NCBI RefSeq assembly: GCF_006345805.1
Contig: NW_021832971.1
Span: forward strand, 1-64,000
Source: Octopus sinensis
Taxonomy: Eukaryota
Direction of reading: 5' to 3'
DNA length: 64,000 bases
Shown: positions 49,561-61,964 of the stretch, piece after piece
Layout: each line of letters starts with the position of its first letter
Position numbering within the stretch: position 1 is the stretch's first letter
Made by a program: the position numbers and the translations under genes
The notes under the pieces: generated by a model
What the model was told of the DNA's origin: nothing
Seen by the model: only the letters and a program-made list of their open reading frames with translations
The model's database searches: none

Positions 49561-50016
49561 ATTTACAATGGACCGCTTTGTCTTCTCGTCTTGTTTGTTC
49601 TTATCACAGCGTTTCGGCTGATGTACTCTCCAGTCTTCATCGGGTGTTCTGGTGGAATTTCGAATCCAACCTTTTATTTGACTAACGGGGTACACTTTTC
49701 TCATTCCTACGGTATGTTGCTGATGTTATCTTTCTGTTGATATAATTTTTCAATTCCCTGCCGGGGTTTGTACTTAGAATCCGAGGGTTAGTAGCCCGCG
49801 CTCTAAGTTCAATCCCAGGCAGGGAGGTGAAAAATAATATCAGAAAGATAACATCAGCAATATACATTAGGAATAAGAGCAGTGTACCCCATTAATCAAA
49901 TAAAGGGTTGGGTTCGAAATTCCAGTAGAACACCTAATGAAGGCTGGAGAGTACATCAGCCGAAACGTTGTGATAAGAACAAACAAGGTGAGGAGACCTA
50001 TACGTCCATTGTAAAT
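49561..50016. mobile_element. Non-autonomous Penelope-type mini-element made of ~200-bp imperfect inverted repeats, each carrying a mutated hammerhead motif
   Basis: Termini atttacaatggac / gtccattgtaaat; hammerhead-like motifs at 49605-49646 (-) and 49931-49972 (+). Confidence 0.7.
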
Positions 50017-50176
50017 AATTTAAGATGTCTTTAGCTGTATAATATAACTTGGATGTGTAAATCTCTGTTCTCCTGATCATTATTCATATATTATATACGT
50101 AACGGCGGTGCTCCAGCATGGTCACAGTCTCAAGGCAGAAACATATAAAAGAATAAAAGAATACATACATACATAC

Positions 50177-50214
<38 letters not shown>

Positions 50215-50829
50215 CTTACATACATACATACTCACACACACAGAGAAGATCTTGGAGTGTCTAGCACCTAAGTTTGAGACTGAAAACTATCCCAATCCCT
50301 AAACTGGATGCCACTGCATAATACTAAGGATCCTGCTGTCTTCATCTAAAGTAAATACCAACTACTGTAATCGTTTAAGTTTCAAGGCCCATAGCTTTTC
50401 GATAGCTTACGGAAATCCCCCATAGATCTACGAGGTGTAGATAAAGGCTGTTTAGACAAATTTTAATCAGAAGTACCAACTCAGCCCACATCGCGACAAG
50501 AAACGCAAAGAATTTGTCCCTGTCACTGCTTCTCTTGAACTAAGTTCGAAGTACTCTTAAAGTAGCAATCACACAAGTTGCGGTACACCAGTTATGGCCA
50601 CATCTTCTGGTTTAGGCCAATAAAAACATATTTTAGGTTTATACACGTCTGAATGTATTTGTTGTGTGTGGCTGTGCGTATATTATTTTAGGTGTAATTA
50701 TTTTCATAGAAAACTCTGGAAAAGCTCTGTAATTCATCTCTAGATCAAAAATAAACTCATAATTTTTAGTTTGATATGGTTTGTGTTTTGGTTTGCTTGA
50801 ATGTTTTTTCAACATGTCGTTCAACTTAC

Positions 50830-50984
50830 CTTCCCAAAGTATACAGGACTTCTCCACCAATAATGTCGGAATCTTTTTCAGGCTTTGACTAACAACGTCA
50901 GCACTTGCTACTTTTTGGATTTCTCTGATCTCCTGTATCTTACTTTCAAATTCTAACTGCATCTTCGCTAAAATACTGCCTTTT
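50830..50984 (-). CDS. Mucin-like gene, exon encoding the C-terminal part of SEA domain 1 (R-KGSILAKMQLEFESKIQEIREIQKVASADVVSQSLKKIPTLLVEKSCILWE-G)
   Basis: tttccacag|A AAA GGC AGT...GAA G|gtaagt; 155 nt, phase 2 to 1. SEA-type GS-hydrophobic motif (GSILA) directly after a phase-2 intron. Confidence 0.8.
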
Positions 50985-51953
50985 CTGTGGAAATAAAAAG
51001 GAAATTAAATTGTATTTGCTATGAAAATTGTTTTATAAAATTGTTACTTTTGTTTTTAACTCATATTTTTTTCAGGTGGTAACTTAAACCGGTTTTGCTC
51101 TTAGTCCGCATTGCAACACAGAAATGTGAGGCTCTGGATGGACACATAAAAATGCGATTGCTTGAATATGCATGGACACTCTCTGATGACACTCTCCTGC
51201 CAAAGACCATCGAGCTACCCCCAGACGTGTACCCCATTTGTAGAGGCAGAAGTGAAAGGAGCTTAATTCGACTTGTCTAATTATAATACTGACCTGAGAT
51301 AAATAGATACAGTTGTTATATGCAATATGGATGAAGTAATAATATTTTCTTTATTGGAATGAATATGTGCAAGGACCGAAATTTAGTTTACACATGGATC
51401 TGTGTTGTTTTTTTAATCATGCCCCAGGCATTTGTATTATTGTTCTTGTTTTCTGTCCCGAAATTTTGGTTATTCCCTATTTCCAGATCTAAATACCTGG
51501 ATACTTTCTCCATTTCCTTTAGAATTATATGATCAAAAGGGCGATACGATAAGGAGGCACTTCCTTTCTTGCGGCACTTGTTAACAATATCTGATTGATT
51601 AATCTTGATCTTCTTGTATGAAGTACTCTATCCCAGACTATGTTTGATTTGTCAATTTCTAGGACTTTTGTAGGACGTTTCCTTAATTCCAGTGTAAGTA
51701 AACTCAGATTCTTTTATGCATGCGGATGTATTTCCTCTTGATTTAGACTGGAGAGTCAAAGGCGATGGAATTAAATGCTTCTTTCCGACTCCCATATATT
51801 TTAGTTTTACATTTACTTTATTATGTGTCTTTGGTAGTTTCTGGTATGGAGGCTTTGATTTAGAAAACTCTTTTCTTCCTTTCATTCAGGGCGTCTGTTT
51901 TTCTTGTCAAATATTCATCATGTACGGGTTTTCTTATCCTAGTTTAAGCATCA

Positions 51954-52025
<72 letters not shown>

Positions 52026-52036
52026 TGATAATAATA

Positions 52037-52067
<31 letters not shown>

Positions 52068-52188
52068 TGGTGATGATGATTATTTCAAATTTTACCACAA
52101 GGGCGTGTGTGCGTACGCGCGCGCATGGAGGGTGAGAGCATAAATTTCAAGCCTTACAAAACAACTAATAATCATGAAAAATACTTAC

Positions 52189-52259
52189 CGAAGCTCAGTG
52201 ACCGAACTACCCGTGTAAAGTAGATTTAGTACGGAGTTTTTCTTTATTGCGTTGTCAAT
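52189..52259 (-). CDS. Mucin-like gene, exon encoding the middle part of SEA domain 1 (IDNAIKKNSVLNLLYTGSSVTEL-R)
   Basis: ttctag|ATT...CTT CG|gtaagt; 71 nt, phase 0 to 2. Clearly paralogous to the 36586-36653 exon (VDESMENSELADTYLGNNVTQL-R). Confidence 0.8.
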
Positions 52260-52683
52260 CTAGAATGTATAAACGTAAATAACATATATAGATACATACA
52301 TATATACATACATACATACATACTTACATACATACATATATATATATAAAGAAATGGAGTCAAACGCAGGTGTTATTCAAATCTTTATACTTCTGACATG
52401 TTTCGAAGAAAACATTAATATTACTCCGGGGAGAATAAAATGATGTAAAACAATGCAATAATTTTTGTCAGGGAAAAAAAAGAGAAACAAAACACATCTG
52501 GAAAAACTGGAAAAAATGGGAAAAAGACCGACCGAGAAGAAATAGAGGATAAATATATAAAATACGGAAGAACGGGTTTGCTGCAGTAATAGAGCAGTTA
52601 CGACAGAGGATCATGGCAAAAAAAAAAACCCCCAGAAGATCAGAAGATTTGTGAACAGAAGCAGTTCGAGGAGAAGAGATTGT

Positions 52684-53007
52684 TCAAAAATAACCTGAAG
52701 CAATTCTTCTGAACGTTAGAATGGGAAAATTGAAGATGTGCCAAAAAGCCTGATTGGTATTGATGTGTCTTCCTCTGTCATATTGTGCATCTTCGTCTTT
52801 GTTGTCTATCTGCTGGCTGCGTTTCTGCATAACAGTGTATGTTGCAGCACCTAAACCTTTCTTTATATATTTGCAAACATACTTAATAGAGTTAACAGAG
52901 TTGCAAAATTCAATGTTGACTCTGGCTACCTTTACTCGATTCTGCTTCCCTGTAGAATACTGACCATTTACATCTACCTCGTCTCCTCTGGCAGATGGTG
53001 AGAACAT
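52684..53007 (-). mobile_element. Helitron Rep-helicase fragment
   Basis: NIEFCNSVNSIKYVCKYIKKG...DE..QY..GRHI....A.W.IF.FPI is the conserved Helitron region following the Rep domain. Confidence 0.85.
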
Positions 53008-53142
53008 TGTTCTCAGAAACTTTTTTCAAAATTAAAATGGGTATTAAATGAAAAAAAAAAATGAGTTACGTGAATATCTTCACAAGAGTAATTGAAATAA
53101 GTGGCGATTGTGGAAGGCCGCACGCAGCTACACACACACACA

Positions 53143-53182
<40 letters not shown>

Positions 53183-53255
53183 TACACACACACATACAAT
53201 GCCGAACAGCAGATGGAATGGACGTCTGTTTGTGAGAGAGTGAGTGCCACTTAAA

Positions 53256-53298
<43 letters not shown>

Positions 53299-53774
53299 GT
53301 TTCACACACGTACATGCGCACACATATACATACATACATGTATTCAAACGAACATACAAAAACACACGTGTTCGTGTGTGACTGACTACAAATACGAAGA
53401 GCTGAAGACTTTGTACGGAAATTGACGATGTGTGCGGGTTCAAGCGAAATCTGTGAACTTAGTAAATATTTCTTCAAGTAATTTATATTAGTTCTTTACA
53501 AATAACGAGAATTAAAACTTGAAATGAAAACATTAAAATAAAGAGTGTGAGATTTCATAAATGAAAACGAAACATTTTGCCGTTGCTACGTCAATACCGG
53601 AAGCTGACATTGAGAAACGTTTTTAAAGAAGAGAATCATATATATGAAGCAATATTATTCATTTTTAATAAAAACAGAAGTAAACTGAAGAGCCTATTAA
53701 GTATCCGAGGTCAAATTGTTCATGTATCTCAACTATGGAAGCAATTCGCGCAGCTGTTTTCGCGTGAAAAGCGA

Positions 53775-53826
<52 letters not shown>

Positions 53827-54113
53827 GTCTATTTTATAGAAGAGGTATATTACATTAATAACGAACATTGAGGATGAGTTCTGAACACTACTTTGGTTGA
53901 TAAATATTCTGTATTTGTGAGTTAACACGGCTACCATTGGTTTCACGCCGAGAGTAACCTCAACAATTGTTAAGTTTGTCACATGAGACGTTGGTGTTCC
54001 TTTCCAAGACGAAGACGTCCCATGTGGCAGGCTTGAAAATTGTTGAGGTTACTCTCAACATGAAACCAAAGGTAACCTTGTTAAACCACAAACACACACA
54101 CACACACACACAC

Positions 54114-54174
<61 letters not shown>

Positions 54175-54849
54175 ACACATATGCGTATGTATGTATATTA
54201 TATAGTATATAGTATATGTATATTGTGCACTGCAGGATTTTGTAGCCCAGAATTTCAAAATTATGCTGAAATTTTCAATATTTTGGGATTTACTGTTAAC
54301 ATTTGTTCGGTACTCATGTGTTCTATATGAAGTACAAACTCCGTACTTACTGCTTGGCATTATTGTGTATTGTGAATCTGCAAAAGCGGAGCCGTAAATT
54401 CTTCGTAATTCATGGTGCATCATTGTCCCCGATAAACCAACAAGAGCAAAAGAAGCTTGTGCATCAAGGTTAAAACCAAAGTCAACGAAGCATACCAATC
54501 ACTGTACACAGGTTCTCAAGCAGCTTTTTGTGTCTGCGCCGAACAAAATACTTAGCAGCATTTCTTCTTGCACTTTAGGTTCCGAGATCTACTGAGGCTG
54601 ACTTTGCTTTTAATCCTTTCAGAGTTCGGACAAGTTTCTTCTTATAGTAGAAGAAATAGCTATGGTTCTTTGGCTGCTAAAGTTCGGTATATGTAGTAAA
54701 GCAAAATTTTTGCAGAACCCTAATTATAATTATACTCATAATTATAAAATATTAAGTTTACCGAAAAAATGGTCCTTTTAACATGCCGAATACTACTTGT
54801 TTGAATTATTAATTACTAGTTAATTAATTAATTTTACCCTTTATTATTA

Positions 54850-54892
<43 letters not shown>

Positions 54893-54894
<2 letters not shown>

Positions 54895-55760
54895 ATATTA
54901 GGGAATGAATCCAAAATTACAGGGAAAAATCAGATTTAGGGTTAGATCCAATTTTATAGTAAAATATTATATAATATAATTCGAGACAAGTCTTTTCTTG
55001 TTTGGTTTTAAAATAGTGGTTTTGTCTCGAATTATATTATATATATATTTATTCCATTTCTCCGTTCATAGTTTTGAGTGATGTCCATTTTCTAGAGCGT
55101 GAATGTGGGTTGTATGTGTGTGTGTGGGAGTATGAATAAGTATTGTGTTGAAGTATTTAGCTATTTTATTTATTTATAGTTGCCTAGACGTTTTTATGTG
55201 TATGTATAGGGATATATATATAGGTGTGTGATTTAGTGTATGTAGTTAGATATGGTTATATATAATTAGGTATATGTGTATGGGTGTATATATAGTTTAT
55301 TATTATATTATTATTATTTTTTTTGTTTTGTTTTATATTTTATATTTTATATTTTATATTTTATATTTTATATTTAATTGTTGATAGGTTTTTTTAGTTT
55401 ATATATTGTTTATATATTGATTATATATGGATTATATATAGGTTATATATGGATTATATACTTATATTTTTTCATTCATACTTTAATTATTTTAAAATTA
55501 TTATTTTATATTTTAAAATATTGATTTTTTAGATTGGAAGTCCACCTGAAGATTGTCGATCAAGACAAGAAACGATTGTAGTGGCGGTTTTTTTGACTAT
55601 TTATTAAAATTTTATGTATTGATTAAGTCTTTCCTTGTTTGTTTTGCAAAATAGTGGTTTTGTCTCTAATAATATTTTATAATATTTTACTATAAAATTG
55701 GATTTAATCCTAAATCTGATTTTTTTCCCTGTAAATTTGGATTTATTCCCTAATATTTAA
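54893..55760. mobile_element. AT-rich non-autonomous element bounded by ~80-bp inverted repeats and containing a hammerhead motif (Penelope-type)
   Basis: taaatattagggaatgaatccaaaattacagggaaaaatcagatttagg... is mirrored at ~55678-55760; internal direct repeat aaaatagtggttttgtctc; flanked by (TA)n. Confidence 0.65.
55542..55584 (+). ncRNA. Minimal type I hammerhead ribozyme
   Basis: CCAC-CUGAAGA-UUGUC gaucaa GACAA-GAAA-C GAUU G-UA-GUGG. Intact core, but a non-preferred U10.1-A11.1 pair. Confidence 0.7.
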
Positions 55761-56116
55761 TATTTATATAATAATATATATATATATATGGGTATAAGGA
55801 GGTCATTATAGAACCGAAACATATTCAGATTTATCTCCCATACATTCCTTTACTAATATTGACTCTTTCATTTTCTCTCCACCTAATTATTTTTAGTCAT
55901 TTCACTCTTACATTTGTTGTTCGCTGCATTAAATCTGTTTACATTGAGTTACCTATTAAACCATGACACCACCTTATTATTCACAGCTAGCTTCTTAACG
56001 CATTGTTATTAGGTTAGATATGTTAACCCAGTCTTATCTATTTGGTCTTTGTTACCACCTAATTGTATCTACTTATAGCTCTCCACTTCTTAGTCACGAA
56101 ATATGTCACCACTATA

Positions 56117-56492
56117 AAGGCGGCGAGCTAGCAGAGTTGTTAGCGCGCCAGGCGAAATGCTTTGCGGTATTTCGTCTGCCGCTACATTCTGAATTCAAAT
56201 TCCGCCGAAGTCGACTTTGCCTTTCATCCTTTCGGGGTCGATTAAATAAGTACCATTTACGCACTGGGGTCGATATAATCGACTTAATCCGTTTGTCTGT
56301 CCTTGTTTGTCCTCTCTGTATTTAGCCCCTTGTAGGTAGTAAAGAAATAGGTATTTCGTCTGTCTTTACGTTCAGAGTTCAAATTCCGCGAAGGTCGACT
56401 TTGCTTTCCATCCTTTCAGGGTCAATAAATTAAATACCAGTTGCGTACTGGGGTCGATCTAATTGACTGGGCCCCCTCCCCACAAATTTCAG
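56117..56492 (+). mobile_element. Octopus-type tRNA-derived SINE with internal partial duplication
   Basis: aaggcggcgagctagcagagttgttagcgcgccaggcgaaatgc...; the segment gtatttcgtctg...gtcgactttgc occurs twice. Confidence 0.85.
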
Positions 56493-56698
56493 TAGAGTAG
56501 AACAGCCGACTCAATATTCCTATAAATAATATGAGATCTGAGCAAACATAGCTGTGTAATTAATAAATTCAGTTCGCAACAATGTGGCTCCGAGGTTCAT
56601 CAAACAACGCTGAACCTTGTCAGTGGAATTTAGTATACAGGTTCTTTAGTATACGGGTAGAGGAAAACTATACGGAATCCTTTCGTATGCAAATATGC

Positions 56699-56736
<38 letters not shown>

Positions 56737-56855
56737 GTGTGTTATGATTTTCTAAACACACACATAACAAGGTAAATTAGACGCTCATGTCTAATATGTG
56801 TGTGTGTGTGTGTGTATGTGTGTGTAATTATAATATGTGACAATTATTCGGTAGC

Positions 56856-56922
56856 CATGATAAAACTCCGAGTTTCGGATGTCGGAGCGGAAACCCACGC
56901 CGGCATCTCTTCAGTTATCTGG
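56856..56922 (-). ncRNA. Type I hammerhead ribozyme-like motif
   Basis: Minus strand: GAUAA-CUGAAGA-GAUG...CAUCC-GAAA-CU CGG AG-UU-UUAUC. 5-bp stem I, GUU triplet, one bulged C in stem II. Confidence 0.6.
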
Positions 56923-57331
56923 TCATCGAAAAAATGCCATGAAAAATGACCATTAAAACAAAGGGAAATTACTCTGTACATTGTTGCTCTATTTTTAGAT
57001 TTTATTTTTTTCTGTTTGCATTATTTTGGTTGAAATGGGTAAAAATGGCATCGTGTCGACGGCCAAAACTTTAGCTTTCATTTAAACCGTCAAACTATAC
57101 CAGAAAAAAAGTATCAAATTTCACAAAATTTTAAGTAATTTTGAATTATTTTTGTAATTTTACGTGCACAAGTAAGAGAAAGAAAGGGAGAATCCGAGAG
57201 AGAGGAAGAGTAAGAGAGTGGGAAAGTGAGAGAGAAAGGAGAGAGAAACAAAGAGGGAGAATGTGGCGATAAGAAACAGAAAGTAACAACCACACCCTCA
57301 CCCGCGCGTAGAGCGGGTCACGTTAAGCTAG

Positions 57332-57716
57332 TCTCTATATTATAAATCTGAAATGCGAAAATTTTGTTTGTCTGCTTTTGGCATTGAGAACGGGTTAAAG
57401 GCCTCTAGATCCCGTCGGATTGACACCAAAATTTACAGGGACATGTAAAATGAGGTGAGGATGCCAGTGGGCTACGTTAGAAATCCCTATCTTAAAAGGT
57501 GTCGTTGCTAGGACCAAAAACGCACTTTGACAAGTCTACTCTCATTCTTTAATGTATCTGTCTTCCTCCGTCACTCACTCTATTTCCTCCCTTCCCATCA
57601 CTTTCTATATATAACGTCGTTTAACAGCGTCTAACTGCCCTTCACTTTCTCTTTATAACGTCGTCAAACAGCGTTCTATATCTCCCCCTCACCGCCTTCG
57701 ACAGCGCTTTCACACA

Positions 57717-57754
<38 letters not shown>

Positions 57755-57850
57755 ACGTCTGTCTGTATTCATAGACAGAATTATCATCGCCGCAACCACC
57801 ACACAATCATGAGAACAAATATTATGAATCGGATATTTATTGGGTTAATT

Positions 57851-57899
<49 letters not shown>

Positions 57900-58135
57900 T
57901 GTGTGTGTGTGTGTGTTCTATATATAAATATGTATATTAAACTTTTTAATACTTTTTGATAGTTATATATATATTTTTTTTTAAATAATAGATATAAATT
58001 AATAATTTTGATTTTAAATTTAAATAATTTAAATTTTTTAATTTTATATTTTATATATTTTGTATATTATATTTTTATTTTTATGTTTCCGTTTATGTTT
58101 TTCACTGTTTGATTTGCCTAATCTCTAATTTAATT

Positions 58136-58185
<50 letters not shown>

Positions 58186-59334
58186 GTATACATTTGTATA
58201 TATAATGCGTACACACACACATATATGTATATATATATAATGCGTATATATATATATAATATATATATAATGTGTGCATTATGTGGTCGGTTGAGCTGAA
58301 AATATGCACATCTATGTTAAAAGTGCTGGCGAGTTTGCATGGCAACTATTTTTTTCCTCAAATGAAAGGCGTGACCTCTAGGACAAAATTCCTCATCTTA
58401 TAAAATGTGACCCGAGTAGACCCGAATGAAATCGGGTTATATTAACCAAAATGTGAAAAGTGGTCTAAATGGGGCTGGAAGGGGATTAAAATTTACAGGA
58501 GCGGGTGTTTAGGAATTCTCTGTTACATGAAGCTAAAAAATTTGCGCCAGCCTTTAAATCTTCAATGTGTTGCCGTCCATGATGAAGAAGTTTTGAATGC
58601 TTGCATTGGTGAGTCTACTGTCGTGAGAAAGAATCACTTCAAAGCTTGGTGTTTAGGAATTTTCTTTTACATCAAGTTCAAAATTTTACTATGTTACTGT
58701 CCGTCGTTAAGAAATGCCAGCCATGGTGACTCTACTATCCTCAGATTCTATCCTTTCAAACTTTGGTTTCCAATATTTTTTAATTTTTATTCAGCTCGCA
58801 AGTTCGTCTGTCCCTTTTAAATGATAGTGTTTTGCTGTCTGCCTTGAAGCAGACCTTTCCGTTGTCACTGCCTGATATTTATGATTGATCTTTCAAACTA
58901 CTTTCTTTCTCAACTTACTCAAGATCTTTTGTTGTTTATAAATGGGAGAGAGATAGATAGAGAAAGATAGAGAGTAAGAGAAAGCGAGGGAGAGTCCGAG
59001 AGAAAGGAAGAGTAAGAAAGTGGGAAAGGGAAAGAGAAAGGAGAGAGAAACAAAGAGGGAGAATCATCATCATCATCTTCATCATCGTTTAACGTCCGTT
59101 TTCTGTGCTAGCACGGGTTGGACGGTTTGACCGGGGTCTGGGAAGCCAGGAGGCTGCACCAGGCTCCAGTCTGATCTGGCAGTGTTTCTACAGCTGGATG
59201 CCCTTCCTAACGCCAACCACTCCGTGATTGTAGTGGGTGCCACGTTCGGATGGTGCTTTTTACGTGCCGAAAGGATGCAACAGAAAATAACAACCACACT
59301 CTTATCCGGCGTAGAGCGGGTCACCTTAAGCTAG
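57332..59334 (+). mobile_element. Non-autonomous Helitron-like element (5' TC...hairpin-CTAG 3')
   Basis: Starts TCTCTATATTATAAAT immediately after the CTAG of a preceding 3' end (57328-57331). Ends with a hairpin plus CTAG|T (59331-59334). The two 3' regions (~57170-57331 and ~58965-59334) are homologous. Confidence 0.6.
59064..59262 (-). mobile_element. 3' portion of a SINE/RTE-type tail inserted in the Helitron-like element
   Basis: ggatgcccttcctaacgccaacca body with a (cat)n tail; absent from the homologous 57.2-kb copy. Confidence 0.6.
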
Positions 59335-59343
59335 TATATATAT

Positions 59344-59389
<46 letters not shown>

Positions 59390-59761
59390 TACATATACAC
59401 GTAAGAGTTTGAGTCGTGAATATCATGATTAAAGATTAGAATCCATTATTGTTTAAATACCAAACCCACAATCCCAAAAGATCAAAATTCAAAACAATAT
59501 ATTTAAAAGAATAAAGCGTTCTTGAAAGATTTATTTACAGTTTAAAATAAATTCATTTGAGAAGGATATTTAAAAAGATTTCCTTAAATGTATTCTCGCA
59601 CATTCCCTTATCTCCCTTTGATTTCACTCAATCCTTTTGTTACACCATTTCTGTTGAGATTCGTCTTTTGTTTCAATCAATTTTGAAGATTGTCTTTAAG
59701 TAACTGCCATCATCAAGTTGGGGCTTTCAAATTCTCTCTCTCTCTCCCTGTCTCTCTCTTC

Positions 59762-59818
<57 letters not shown>

Positions 59819-60779
59819 ATTTTGCTAGCCTTGAGCCAAAATTCAAAATCGCATTGAAGTTTGGAACATAAATTAACATATGATTTTGATAGAAATTTCT
59901 TATTTAGATTAAACTTGAAAATTTTATAATAGAACCAAGGATGATCTCATACGTATTGGTATCAAAAGGGTTAAAAGTGATTTACAAGAATAAGGAGGAT
60001 AAAGATCCCATTGATTTGCTATCGTCCATTTTAACTATGGAAATTATCATCAATAATTTCATATGTTCCTTATCAAATACGACCATTCTTCAAATACTTT
60101 TGTTACTGACTATTTTGTTTTTCCCCTACACATTATGGAATGATGAATAATACGATGTCCAAATATGTTTCTTTGAGTCCATAAATAACGGGAATAAATT
60201 CTTAAACGTAAATGTAGCCGATACATTTCAGTGTTTCAATCCATACCTCAAAGTGGTAACCAAATGCACGCCACCTTCTTTTTATATAATCTTTATGGAT
60301 TGTTTTGTTTTTATGATTAACTTCAATCTTGACATTCAACAATGGAAGTATTTAAAGGAAAGGGTGTATTGAAACTATTTTATATTTTTGGTTTTGTTTC
60401 TTATTTCCCTCCATAATTAATAGAGATGATCTTAAACCATTTCGTTCGGCGTTTGCAGTTTCGGAGGAAGTACGTAGATAGGTGTTACGCTACGAAAGAG
60501 TGAAATCAAAGGGAGATAAGGGAATGTGCGAGAGTAGCTGGATCCTCTAGAAACACACAAAGGTAATGGCAATGGGGACTGATAATCCCAATTTCTCAAA
60601 AAGGAAACGGTTGAGAACTCTTTAAAAATAGAAGTATCTCATTGTTAAGTCTCCTTGAAAAGTCTACACTAGATATCTGGGAAAGAGGTCTAGGATAATT
60701 ATCCTAATTATAATTAGCGAACTAAGCTAGCTGAAGAACTGTGTAGCCCCTCCTGGGCGCAACACAACCAAACAGAAAT

Positions 60780-61760
60780 ACATTTTACGACAGGTCTTCA
60801 AGAAATCTTGGCAGTATTGCCAAGAGGTGTACGCTTGTTTTGTACACCTCGTAAAGGTATATGACTACATAACAGGGGACATACTGTGGTGGGTTTTGCA
60901 GGATTTGGGGATTAATGCTGTGAAGTCCTTATACGAATGCCCAGATATTTCTGTTCGAGTATATGGTGTTAAATGGAAACCTTTCAACGCGTTTGTTAGG
61001 CTTCGCTAGAGGGTGTATTATCCCCGCTTCTTTTAATAATGTTTATGAACTGGGTTGACATGCACAGCCGTTGTGAAAGTGGCATCACAATTGATGGAGG
61101 TAGGATAGGTCGGCTGATATTTGCGGACGACATCGTGCTACTTGGCTTGGCATATGAACTCTAGCATGCACAGAAAGGGTTCGCTGCCGATTGCTGCAAG
61201 GCGAGGAATGAGAATACGTGTTGCAAAGACTGAGACGTCGGTCCTCTCAAGAAATTCTTCCCAGTGCGCTCTGTACGTTAGCGGCACATCACTGAGACAA
61301 GCGGAGAAATTTAAATATGATCTCCGGATCGTACTTGCGTGTGATGGAAAGCTGGGGGCTAAATTGGATGCTAGAATTTCAGGTGCTGGCACAATAATGC
61401 GCCAGTTCCAGCATTCGATTCTCTGAAGAGGAGAGTTTGGTTAAAATGCCAAACCTGCTATCTTCAGTTCGCTTTCGGTGCCTCTCCTAATTTGTAGTCA
61501 TGCACGTTGGGTAATGATTGAAAAAATATGATCGTGAATTTAAATTGGACGACATGGGGTTCTTCTGAAGGATCTCTGGAATAACATTACTCAACAGGGT
61601 TAGGGGATCGCAGATCAGGGAATCTTTCCAGATCAAACATTGGCTGATCACAGCTCCAGTACTACAGGCAAGTGATTAGAAAGTCGCAGAAAAGAATCGC
61701 AAGACAGAATCAGCAGGAGACGTAGAGGCAGAACCCAAACGAGATGGTTGGATGGTATAC
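60780..61760 (+). mobile_element. Decayed RTE-clade LINE reverse transcriptase fragment
   Basis: Frameshifted translation includes ACFVHLVKVYDY, LIFADDIVLL, EKFKY.L and RGRPQTRWLD-like C-terminal motifs. Confidence 0.75.
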
Positions 61761-61964
61761 GTAGCCTCAGTTGATCATGTTTCGGGAATACATCCGGTAA
61801 GTTTAATGACGGTAGCTTCTGATAGAACACTATGGCGTCTGAGGAGTCCACTCCCACAACTTTTGCTTTCTTCTTTCTTTTTTTTTTGTGTGTCTTTCCT
61901 TACTAATGGTCAGCTATAATAATAATAATAATAATATAAAGATTTACTAATCGAAATTGAAAAT

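Noticed and set aside
53670-53760. Possible SEA1 N-terminal exon (AARIASIVEIHEQFDLGYLIGSS)
   Set aside because: The VExH..E.F resemblance is slight, the segment is too short, it has no convincing donor, and it runs into a stop.
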